From: Coniocarpon cinnabarinum
Lineage: Eukaryota
Reading direction: 5' to 3'
DNA: 26,749 bases
Assembly (NCBI GenBank): GCA_051942205.1
Contig: JAVECO010000031.1
Span: 124,001-150,749, forward strand
Shown: piece after piece, positions 9,678-19,136 of the stretch
Layout of the letters: each line of letters starts with the position of its first letter
Position numbering within the stretch: the first letter of the stretch is position 1
The notes under the pieces: model-generated
Databases searched by the model: none
What the model saw: the letters and a program-made list of their open reading frames with translations, nothing else
What the model was told of the DNA's origin: nothing
Translations under genes and position numbers: made by a program

Positions 9678-10501
9678 TTACGATGTCCCTGTGCTTCCGA
9701 AGCCCCCAGCGCCTCTCGCTGTCTCGACTAGAGCGCTGGGTCTCTTCTGATCCGGCGCTTCGCTGTCGCCCATTTCACGCTCGACCGTTACATCAACTAC
9801 GTCTGCACTCACATATCTTTCCAGAATCAGTTGCGCGCATCGTTCGCCAGCTTCAACTACAACATCCTCTTGTCCTTGATTGAAAAGCAGGACCCCAACC
9901 GGACCACGGTAATCATGGTCGATCACGCCAGCGCCAGTGTTCACTGTGATCATCAGCTCCTTGGCTCATGTTAGAGCGATCAGGAAGTGGATATCCATGA
10001 CTTACGTCCTTTTTTGACACTCAATCCACTTCTCGGTGCAACTCTTCCGTATGTTCCAGGTGGTGTCGCAATCGCAATGTCCGTTGGCACGATTTTCCTC
10101 TCACCAACTTTGATCACGATCTCTTTAGCCGCGTAGAGGTCATAACCTGCGCTTGCGGCGCTTCCTCTCGTGGGAGCTTTTGCTTTTGAGCTGAGGCGTT
10201 CGACTTGTAGCGGGGCGAGTGACACGAGCTGGTCATTTCCGAGAATGAGAGAGGTGGTTTCTGGTTTATTCTGTGGCGCTCCAACAGGGAGGCTTATCGG
10301 TGTGGGCTGCGGTGGGTGTGCCAAGTCGGCAGGAGGGGGCACGGGAGCTGGTGGAGGGTCCAGGTCTACTGAGGTGGACATGTCGCCGCGTGTGTTGGGG
10401 CTGGTCTTGGTGCGTTTTGGAAGGGGCGATGTAGGTAGTGAGGGTGGTGAATGAGCCGGCTGCGCTAGAGGAGTTGAAGGCAATGTAGGCGTATGCGGCA
10501 T
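9678..10501 (-). CDS. DUT1: Trimeric dUTP pyrophosphatase (dUTPase), ~253 aa with a Pro-rich N-terminal extension; exons 10501..10006, 9943..9678
   Basis: All five motifs are present: [35 protein letters not shown]. Intron 10005..9944 (GTAAGT...CACAG) gives [17 protein letters not shown], the canonical spacing. Confidence 0.96.
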
Positions 10502-10570
10502 GAGGCAAGTGTTGGAAGGGACTATGGGCTCGAGAATGATGATTCGACTGGACTATAACATCCTCGCTCA

Positions 10571-10591
10571 ACGCGTCTCCGATGGACGCGT
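10571..10591. promoter_or_regulatory. Two MluI cell-cycle boxes (MCB, ACGCGT) upstream of the dUTPase gene
   Basis: ACGCGT at 10571-10576 and 10586-10591, 70-90 bp upstream of the ATG at 10501. MCB/MBF control of dNTP-metabolism genes is established in yeasts. Confidence 0.65.
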
Positions 10592-10867
10592 TTTCATTTA
10601 ATTGCCGACTTTGGCATGTCATGATGAGCAAAAGAAATGCTGATACTGACGAGAGCTGCTCAGATACTCCTCCACTCCCTGCGAACCAAATCCGATTATA
10701 AGCATTTCGACAGTCGGCTCTTGTTCAAAGGCAGGATATCAAAGACACTCGCACATTGGTCGTGCGTCGAAGCACGCTTCTGGGAGGGATTCACCTGCCG
10801 CGATAATGGCAAGCGCAGTACCGCGGTCTTCGTTGTCCGACTCTCACTCAATGGCTTTAGATTACAT

Positions 10868-11773
10868 TCAAAAGTCCATGGTCAAAAAGGGTCCCATGCG
10901 AGGTATGCCGTCTTCGTCTGCCAATATTACCCGGTCTCTGTCTCTTTCTCCCGCTTCCGAAAGTATTCGCACGACATCTTGAGTGTGTGTCACGAAAGAT
11001 GCGAATCCGGCGTCCAACTCCTCTTCACGCAAGTCCAGCATGCTTCCACATGCACATGCCTCCCGCACCATCGTCCGCTGAAGTTCAATTGGTATTGATT
11101 TGTTGGAACGGCAGTAGACATATGTGCAAGGAATGAATCTCCAAATCGTCGAACTTGAATGGGCTGATCGCACAGAACTAGGTATCCGTACGGCCAAAGC
11201 TGTGAGACGCTCCGCCTCTTTGTCATCAACACCGTCGAATAGTGTCTTTTCTGCGTTTTCGACTTCTAGATGACCATTTGAAGATGGCTTGACTTGGAGC
11301 GATGACTCCGCCGAGCAAGTCTCCAATGCGCTCGCCAGATTCTTGCCAGGTAAGAAGACGCAGCCACTGAGGTACACGATTCGTACTATTCCACCGCTTT
11401 GGCCATTGCTATAGCTTCGTGAGTCGATGGTATCATTTGACTGTAAAGCTTCGTTTGCGACAAAAGCCCCGGTATCATGAGCCAGTATTACAAAAGCCGT
11501 TCCGGAATTGGTAAGAGACGCAATAGAACTGCGAACTTGACGTATATCGTCCGCTACAGTTGGATGTGGGTGCTGATTTTCTACCGAGGTGGCACGCTGC
11601 GGGCAACTTATGTACGAAAAGCCATTGTCATACAAAGCTTCGATCAGTGGCTCGTAATGCGTCGGGACCAAAAAACAGGCGTGAATGATCAGTATTGCAG
11701 GCTTTGCCGGATCCATGGGCGGAGACAGATCTGGTGTTGGCACCCTTGTGGGATGTAGAGGTGAAGAACTCAT
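10868..11773 (-). CDS. Alpha/beta-hydrolase-fold protein (Abhydrolase_6/methylesterase-like), probably catalytically dead
   Basis: Intact 301-aa ORF with the family scaffold KPAILIIH, DDI..VR, VILAHxxGA, IVYLSG, W..IPCTYVYC....IP..LQ..MV, LDAG...F. Triad positions read D100, N224 and F257. Confidence 0.85.
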   Translation of the reverse strand: MSSSPLHPTRVPTPDLSPPMDPAKPAILIIHACFLVPTHYEPLIEALYDNGFSYISCPQRATSVENQHPHPTVADDIRQVRSSIASLTNSGTAFVILAHDTGAFVANEALQSNDTIDSRSYSNGQSGGIVRIVYLSGCVFLPGKNLASALETCSAESSLQVKPSSNGHLEVENAEKTLFDGVDDKEAERLTALAVRIPSSVRSAHSSSTIWRFIPCTYVYCRSNKSIPIELQRTMVREACACGSMLDLREEELDAGFASFVTHTQDVVRILSEAGERDRDRVILADEDGIPRMGPFLTMDF

Positions 11774-13493
11774 GATGCTGCTTTCCTTTTATGCTCGACG
11801 ACGAGAGCGGACCTGGAACCCAACTTTTGCGATTACACGTCTGCTGAACATCAGCTGCCCTTGATTTCCGGCCGGTTTGAACACTCATCGAGCTTCGACG
11901 AAGTGCGTTCTCGCGATATCGCGAAATCCTCACACGGTAAAGGGCTTACGAGGACAGGGCAAGGCATTTGAAAGCCCGGCCAGCGAGCTGCCAAGCTCAA
12001 GACTCGCATGAGTTCCACATGCACTGCGGCGAGCTCATTGGGAGTCGCAAAGCGGGAAATGAGCATTTCGCTACGCTTTGTAAAGAAAGCGAGACTGCAT
12101 GTGTCTACGCCGTACCAAGGAGTGCAGCTACATGCCAGGATGCGCCTGTCTTGGGGATGTCGATCATCTCGCAACCTCTCGCAACGACTCTGGGCCCTGA
12201 CGTGTTCCTCCGTCCGTTGCGCCCGCACACTTCAAAAAGCGAACGGGACGCATCTGAGATCATATCTGGAGGGAGAAGACTAGCCAGCGACCATGAAGGG
12301 AAGAGACACTTTGTTTGATTGGTAAGCAAACAGAAGTGTTTCAGCTCGCAATCTCGCAAGCTCTACCATCGGTTCCGTATGCATCGAAAAATAAGTCGTT
12401 CTTGGCCCCCAGCCGCTTGGTGAGTTCTTTTCAAGGCTTTGCAACCAGGGCGAAAGTATGCGCAATGGCTGCCAACACCTCACGACATGCAGCTATCAGT
12501 CAGCACCTTTTCTGTGATCTCAATCATCATGTCAAGTGGCGTCTGACAACGCGGGTGACCCTTATCAAGCTCATACAATTGAGCGGCCACCTTTCTGCAA
12601 GCTCTGAGATAATCTAATGCTCATGAGGCGTCTTACCAGCGTCGCCACAGAAGCAGCTTCATCTGATGAACAGCAGCCGTGGCTTATTGAAAGGTGAATG
12701 GCTCCGACTGGCCTCTCGAAGTCAACTACAATGGCTTTGATGCTCTCGGCCGGTCCAGTATGTCATGGACAACTATCTCTGTATGACTCTTCCCGTGACA
12801 AGGGCATCATGAAGCTGCGCGAAACATTACATTTATGTTCTGGTGTCGCCCCTGTCATCAAACCTTGGTGCGTTGCTTTCATGACAGTCCGTGCAGAGTA
12901 ATATCTGCCTGACATCGTAGTATCACTGTATGTGCCCTCAGGCCAAGAAGTGGCGTGAAAACGATGATGCACACCATCACCAAGAATAGCCACGAGGACA
13001 CGCAATGAATACCTTGGAAATGAAAGGCTGTCCTAGGGAGGTTCATGTGACCTGACGTTCAAAAAAGGACAGAAAGTCTAGACGTATAAAGTACGCCACC
13101 ACTGCAAACAAAGATCTTTGCCTCCACAACAAAGGACACTGTGAGGCGATATAGGTAGCCTTACCCATGCCTGTGCGCGCCACCCGCACCTTTCCTTCTC
13201 GCATTTCAAAGTCTTTCGTATACTCTCGGTCTGCGCAGGACCTCGTCACAGTCGCTTTTTTTTATAAGAAGGCCCATTTGCATATTTTCCACGGTCTCTC
13301 TTTCGATTCAGCGCTTGATTGATTCCTTTAGACTTCCACGCTGGTCGTGTTCTCAGTTTCGCGACATTTCAGACAGCGTTGCTATCATTTACCAGATCAC
13401 TTCAAGCAACTGGCTTCAGTGGTCGAGAAACCCAAGCATTTAAACAGCCAGACACAAAAATAATAATAAGCGAGTCTTTGGGGGCGAATAACA

Positions 13494-13973
13494 ATGTCGA
13501 CCACCACGCTTCCATACCGACCCTCCACCCGCCGTCGCAGTCGTCCCAACCTCGAACCCCTCATCACACGAATGGCCTACCCCCTTGCGCCCCTCCATCC
13601 GCTGCCAAACGGCCATCCACACCCTCAATTTCCCCGCTCAATCCTCGCATACCACCTCCTCACCGAAGTCGAATGCGACAGCATGGCGCGCTACTACCAT
13701 CAATGGGTCACCTCGCCCTGCATCTGGACAACCGGCTATCCCACGACCATGGACTGGGACCACGAGTTCTTCGAGCACATCGGACAGACGCGTGGCGCGA
13801 ATGCGCGATTAGATGTCAAGCGCAGGAAGATTGGCAGATTTATTGGTCTAAGGGGTTGCGACACGCCGGTTGAGGAGCGGAATGAGCGCGAGAGGTGGTG
13901 GGAACGGAGATCGAGGGTGGAGAGTAAGGCTATGGGGTATTTTTGGGGACGGAGCGGGTGGGGGCAGTGGTGA
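13494..13973 (+). CDS. Conserved small fungal hypothetical protein (family often auto-annotated 'beta-xylosidase' without support)
   Basis: Motifs HPQFPRSILAYHLLT..ECD.MARYYHQ, YP..MDW and KRRKIGRFIGLRGCDTP match a family I recognise. ACAATG start context. T-run plus TATAAG at 13256-13268. Confidence 0.8.
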   Translation: MSTTTLPYRPSTRRRSRPNLEPLITRMAYPLAPLHPLPNGHPHPQFPRSILAYHLLTEVECDSMARYYHQWVTSPCIWTTGYPTTMDWDHEFFEHIGQTRGANARLDVKRRKIGRFIGLRGCDTPVEERNERERWWERRSRVESKAMGYFWGRSGWGQW

Positions 13974-14404
13974 GGCGCTTGTGTGGGTTGTGGGGCTGGA
14001 CTTGGCTGCTGATGGGCATATGTCGACTTTATAATCGAACCTTTTTGAGTTCTGCGTTTGAAGCGAATCGTTTATGCCTATTCAACAAGCTTCTTGCATT
14101 TGCTTTAGACTGTCTAACTTCTGGAGATGATTCTTAAGCCACGCTTATGCGTAAAATTGTCTGATGAGGGTTGTCCAGAGGAATCTCCAGTTCAAGAAGC
14201 ACAGCACTTAGTAAGAAGGAGAACCTGACAACATGGAAAACTTTTTGGGATATGGTTGACCTGCACATGATCCAGAGCTTTTTGTGTCACCCGAGTTTCC
14301 TCGTCCTGTCAACGGTCGTCTCAACACAGTCCCGGCGCATCACGACTGTCAACAGTTTCATTGCAGCCATGCTTTCCCGATCTCAAGGCCGTGTACATAG
14401 CATC

Positions 14405-15451
14405 TCATCCCCCAACCTTCTCCAATGCCTCCTCCACCTTGCCTTCTAGATCCAAACCCGTCGCCCGCTCCAAGATAACCACAAACGCCATCCTCTTCTT
14501 CTCTTCCTCGTTCTTCCCCTGCAAGTTCTCCTTGCCCTTCAACCCCTTCCATTCTTTCTCCATCACTTCTTTCAACTCTTCAGCATCCCCCGGCATCCCG
14601 AACCCCTCCAGACCTCTCCGCGTCCGATCGTCCACAAACGGATAACACTCCTCCCAAAGCCCCTGGGCCCTTCTCTGAAAGATATTCACAGCCGTGACGC
14701 CAATGCCCTTGATTGAATTCCTCACCGTCTCCGCTAACACATCAGCGTCGTGCTCGCTCTCTTTGCGCAATTTCTCTAAGCTTGTATCCTTCTCGCCATT
14801 GGCAAAGCGCTCCAATACCACGTCCGCGAGGCCCAGTAGCTGTTCCACTGTTTTCTGCTTATGTTGCGTCTTCGCCTCCCACAGTGCTTCATGCAGCTTC
14901 TGCTCTCCAATCTCTTTGATGCGTCCCGGCGTCGTGAGGTTGTATGGCGAATTGAAGATTGTGCGAATCGTGCGCTGGCCGAGCGCATGGCTGATCGGTC
15001 GCGATAATACCACGGCGCATACAAGCTCCTCGAACGGCGTCATAGGCACGGTGGACGTATATGTCTTCGTGGATGCGGGGAGGGATTGTTCATCTTTGGG
15101 TCGGGCGAGGTCGCGGGCTGTAGGCGAGAGGAGAAATGATAAGGTCTGCTGATGAGTGTGATTGGGCTTAGGTTGTGAGCGCGCGGAGCGCCGTGGAGCT
15201 TTGGATGGATTTTCGGAAGAGGAGGGCGGCGCGACGCGTTTATTAGGCGTGCCTGTGGGATGGGGAGGTCTTCTAGCTTTCGATGTGTCTTTGTTCGGCG
15301 CAGATTCATCTTTCTCATCGCTAGTCTTCTGCTCTGGCTCTTGCTTCTCGTCAGACGCTGCAGGAGCTTCATCTTTGACTTTGATACTGTCTTTAGACCC
15401 GGCCGCTTTGGAGGCGGGCTTTGCGCTTTTGGCGTTCTTCTTGGGAGGCAT
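14405..15451 (-). CDS. ~348-aa protein with a basic/disordered N-terminus and an HhH-GPD/endonuclease III-like helical domain
   Basis: ATG at 15451 (MPPKK). TPFEELVCAVVLSRPIS...TTP...KT...L, an HhH-like IKGIGVTAVNIF and downstream PFVDDRT resemble the HhH glycosylase-like fold. No Fe-S cysteine cluster. Confidence 0.7.
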   Translation of the reverse strand: MPPKKNAKSAKPASKAAGSKDSIKVKDEAPAASDEKQEPEQKTSDEKDESAPNKDTSKARRPPHPTGTPNKRVAPPSSSENPSKAPRRSARSQPKPNHTHQQTLSFLLSPTARDLARPKDEQSLPASTKTYTSTVPMTPFEELVCAVVLSRPISHALGQRTIRTIFNSPYNLTTPGRIKEIGEQKLHEALWEAKTQHKQKTVEQLLGLADVVLERFANGEKDTSLEKLRKESEHDADVLAETVRNSIKGIGVTAVNIFQRRAQGLWEECYPFVDDRTRRGLEGFGMPGDAEELKEVMEKEWKGLKGKENLQGKNEEEKKRMAFVVILERATGLDLEGKVEEALEKVGG

Positions 15452-15967
15452 GGTCACAAATGAAGCAATGTCAGTATTGAAATGTCAGACTGGACGTGAA
15501 TGAGGACTTAAGCACGACGAGCAGGGAAGCTTAGAATGGGTGGAGGAGGCTGGGGAAGCTTGGGAAAGCGACGTCATTGTGCGGAGCTCGATCTGAGGTT
15601 TGATACGCGAACCGTACGGGAACGATCGGCGCTACCGTGGGTAATTTCGGGGCACGGGGCTTGTTCCTGGGCTAGCCGCGCCGAATTCATTTAAGCGTCG
15701 GCCCTACAATCAGGTACTGGTGTCTCATCCTCGTTCCTTCCCACTCGTTCCTCTTCTGCTCGATGTTCGCTTGTACATCTTGGGCTGTGCGGCCTGCATC
15801 TGGGGCAGCATAGAGTTTATCCGGGTCCCTGCGTGGCAGGCAAAATCCCTTGAGCCTGTGGAGCTGCTGGCTACCTTTGCTGAGCCAGCAACATTGCTGG
15901 TCCTCGGCGTAATCAGCATTGATTCATCCAAAACGTTGACTTTCTTGATTCAGCTAATATCAGACTT

Positions 15968-16353
15968 TCAGCTCAGATGTACCTTTTGGACGTCAGACTG
16001 TTGCCAACTCGCGGGCTCAATGGTTGATTACTTACGTCAGAGGATGCTTGCTGAACCCCCAGAGTATCGCAATCATGGACCGCAAACTCGCCCGGGAGCG
16101 TGAGGAAGCGTGGAGGAGCTACGAACACCCTATCACCTTTCAATGTCGAGTGCAGCCCGAATACGAGACTTGCTCAACTCACAATTTGACACTAACCCGA
16201 GGGCGATCCCGGCCTCTGCTGTTCGCAGGCATTTGCACATAATGTTTCCGTCCTTGATGATGGGGTCAGCTCAGCTAGTTGTGGCGCTGCTGCTGCAGCT
16301 ACTAAAGCCGCAAGTAGTCCGGGACATAGAACGACACCGTTCAAGAAGTGCAT
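15968..16353 (-). CDS. Possible small secreted protein (~90 aa), tentative exons 16353..16197, 16136..16036, 15982..15968
   Basis: MHFLNGVVLCPGLLAALVAAAAAP reads like a signal peptide. GTTAGT (16196) and GTAAGT (16035) donors give 60- and 53-nt introns that keep the frame open. The first intron lacks a good branch site and both acceptors are AAG. Confidence 0.3.
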
Positions 16354-16734
16354 GCTAGGCGCTAGTTTGAATTAGTAGGAACTCGCTTGTTCAGTGACTT
16401 AGCATGCTAAAGAGGGCGTTACAATCACTTTGTATATCTGTACACGGTTGAGCATATAAGTCGAGATCCGCTGGAGAGGGAAGATTTTTGGTGGCTACTG
16501 ATGGCATGATCCTTATAGCTTCCGATGACAATGTCTACTAGATGATTTGCTGACGCCATGGCGCCATTGTTTGGCAGTCTAGATTGTCACGGCTTTGTCG
16601 CCCTAAGATCTATACAGATTTCATGGATCATACTCATTGTTGACTCGAGCTCACAATGCGAGGACAATGGAAGCGCCCAATCGGCTCGCGATAAACCACC
16701 AAATGGCTCCTCATCCCCAGCCGTTCTAGTTTTC

Positions 16735-17757
16735 TCACTCAAGACACCTCACTCTGTTCGCGGCAAGCCAATTGCAATCATGAGCCGCCACAACCTCTAG
16801 CTCGACGCCTGCCTGGTCACACAGCTTCTGAAACTGGCGGATTCGATCGATAGTCTCCTCAGCCATCGCCTTGTCAAAATGAATACAGAAATACTGTCCC
16901 TGATCCTCCCACGTTGCAATATTCTTCTCACCTGACAGCAAACGCTCGTCGTGGAAGGCGTCGCCAGCGAGATACAATATTCGATCAGGACTTGTCCTAC
17001 AAATCAGGTTGATGTGTCCAGGCAAGTGACCAGGCGCTGGAATGACGAACATCGAACCGTCGTGGAAGACGTCCAATGCAGCCCCAAACGGGGTGAACGC
17101 ATCCCACTGAAGATCTTTCAAATGGGCGGTAAACCCGGTCATGGATGGCTCGGTCTGTGTGGCTACCTTGCGAGAAGGTGTCGCATCGCTCAGCTCCACG
17201 ACTTTGCTATCCTTAAAGAGGCTCGGGTCGAAGTGTGAGTGGGAACCTCGCCCTGGCAATCCTTGTCCCAAGACCTCCATCGAGCCATTGCCAACCACAA
17301 ATGTCGCACCCATAAAGTCGGATGGATCACCGTGATGATCCCAGTGCACATGGCTAAGTATTACTGCGTCCACTGACCTTGGGTTGACGCCGTTTCTCTC
17401 TAAGATCAACGATGCAGCTTTGTGAGTCAGTGGTTTTCGTTTGTTCAAGTGAGCCTGGATCTCAGGTGTGTAAGCTTCTGGCTTGCCACGGAGACCTAGG
17501 TCGAACAGCATGCGTGTCACGCCAGTCCTCTCGCCTTCATGTTCGATCAGAAAGCTCAACGATGGCACGAGTCGCTTAGCGTCTGGATCGACAGGTGAGA
17601 CGAAAGCGCGCTCAGGTAAGGTAAATGTCCCACAGACAATTGGCGTGACCTTGACGCAGCTTGCATCTTGTTCGAAAAAGCGCATTTGGTCAGTGAGCGG
17701 TGCATTCCCATTCATGGTCGCGTCTGCTCTCGAATGCGCTCTCGCACTGGCACTCAT
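16735..17757 (-). CDS. Metallo-beta-lactamase-fold hydrolase, N-acyl-homoserine-lactonase/lactamase-like (AiiA/AttM-type), 340 aa, intronless
   Basis: SFLIEH...LFDLG, HxHxDH motif SHVHWDHHGD, DVFHDGS, PGHLPGH, LAGDAFH, C-terminal AAHD: a complete di-zinc ligand set. Confidence 0.92.
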   Translation of the reverse strand: MSASARAHSRADATMNGNAPLTDQMRFFEQDASCVKVTPIVCGTFTLPERAFVSPVDPDAKRLVPSLSFLIEHEGERTGVTRMLFDLGLRGKPEAYTPEIQAHLNKRKPLTHKAASLILERNGVNPRSVDAVILSHVHWDHHGDPSDFMGATFVVGNGSMEVLGQGLPGRGSHSHFDPSLFKDSKVVELSDATPSRKVATQTEPSMTGFTAHLKDLQWDAFTPFGAALDVFHDGSMFVIPAPGHLPGHINLICRTSPDRILYLAGDAFHDERLLSGEKNIATWEDQGQYFCIHFDKAMAEETIDRIRQFQKLCDQAGVELEVVAAHDCNWLAANRVRCLE

Positions 17758-18635
17758 ACCAGCTTAAGACACGGATAGACCGAGGTACCGAGATCTAGCT
17801 TGTTTTACAATCGCTTGCTCAAAAGCCACTTCAACCAACATGACCGCCTTGGCAGACGGGAAGGACTTTCAGATCATCGCACCACTCTCATTGCGACAAG
17901 AAGCGGGAGTTCCAGTGGCGTGGAAAGACACGCGCCAAACCAGTGACACTGGATATGGGTTACCTAATGCTATAGCTAGCGCTTTGCCGCACAGCCCCCC
18001 TTTTCACTTCTGTGGCCGTTAGCCCGAACATGTCGCTAAACATGCACAAGCAGACCTTGACAACCTCCCCCTGGTATCTTATACCTGACCCACAACCTTC
18101 CTTCCCATCTTAACCAGGCTTGGGCGACGTCTTTCGACGCCAGAGTTGTCAATATGATGTAACAAACAGACCCAGACACGCGGGGGCGGGAATTCTCGGA
18201 ACTCTGCGGGCAGCGCCTCCGTGGTACATGATCCTATTGCCCATGAAACAAAGCAATGTGTCCGAATCTTTCAAGCTAGGACTGCTTCATTCCTAGGATG
18301 TTGAGCTGCGATGGCTTGTGTGAGGTAAATGCTGTACAACTTCCCGGATGATGCGGATCATCGTGACACGTAGGCTTTGCCGGATCCCTCGGGTCTATTA
18401 GGCTCTTTTCAGATCCTCTGACTTCATTCCTTTCACTCAACTCGCTAACATGGCCAATGAATGTCGTGGGACCACGTGTAGATCCAGTGATTGCTTGGCG
18501 AGAAGCGCACACACATAGATATAAGCGACGACTTCCTTGTAGCATCTTGGTTCGCATTGTTCTCCAAGCTATTCATAGATACCTCCCTGATTACAGATTC
18601 GACTGGCTGAACTGATTGTCTTTCTGCGTGCAAAG

Positions 18636-19136
18636 ATGAGTGGCGGAAAGATAGCTGAAACGTTCCATGATATCCTCCCTTCGTCGTCGAGTAGCTCTCC
18701 TCATCATCAAGTCTATGAAGTTCAATATCACACTGCGGAGGAAGACCGCATGCCTGGGGGCCTACCCTATCACACTTTCATCTACGTGGATACTGATGAG
18801 GATGATCCGGGCCACGGGCGTGATTTCCACATGACCCATGAAGATCGTGACCGTGTTTGGGAATACGAAAATAGGCGCGCTTCCCGTCCAAAGAGAGAAA
18901 ATCCCAAGGTACGCGCCACGATTTATCGCGGGCGTCTAGCGCGAGGCAAGACCGTCAAGGATGTTGACAGTGCCTTGTCACAATTGAGGGTGCCAGGCCG
19001 TGCGATGCAGGAAAATCCACAAACAGGCAAGGAGGAGCCTGTGCTACCCGCTTTTCGGTGCACCCAATGGGTGCAGCTGACAGCTTTCCCTGAGTTGAAG
19101 CGACTGCATATCATCGATCCGCATGCCAAGGAATGA
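18636..19136 (+). CDS. DUF6540-like small fungal protein (putative permuted papain-like His/His/Cys fold), 166 aa
   Basis: Pattern VY.V.Y...HTFIYV.T....G.G..FH.T......YE....P....G.......P......RCTQW...A...L....II. CAAAGATG start context. Confidence 0.7.
   Translation: MSGGKIAETFHDILPSSSSSSPHHQVYEVQYHTAEEDRMPGGLPYHTFIYVDTDEDDPGHGRDFHMTHEDRDRVWEYENRRASRPKRENPKVRATIYRGRLARGKTVKDVDSALSQLRVPGRAMQENPQTGKEEPVLPAFRCTQWVQLTAFPELKRLHIIDPHAKE

Noticed and set aside
10637..11098. 153-aa + strand ORF overlapping the hydrolase 3' end
   Set aside because: No domain signal; half of it is antisense to a well-supported gene.
11800..13300. Several 60-125 aa ORFs and scattered GTAAG/GTGAG donors in the long intergenic region
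   Set aside because: I could not assemble a consistent spliced model or find protein-like motifs; treated as promoter/UTR DNA.
13319..13873. 184-aa ORF overlapping the 13494..13973 gene in another frame
   Set aside because: TTG start and P/S/H-rich off-frame composition; the conserved motifs are in the 13494 frame.
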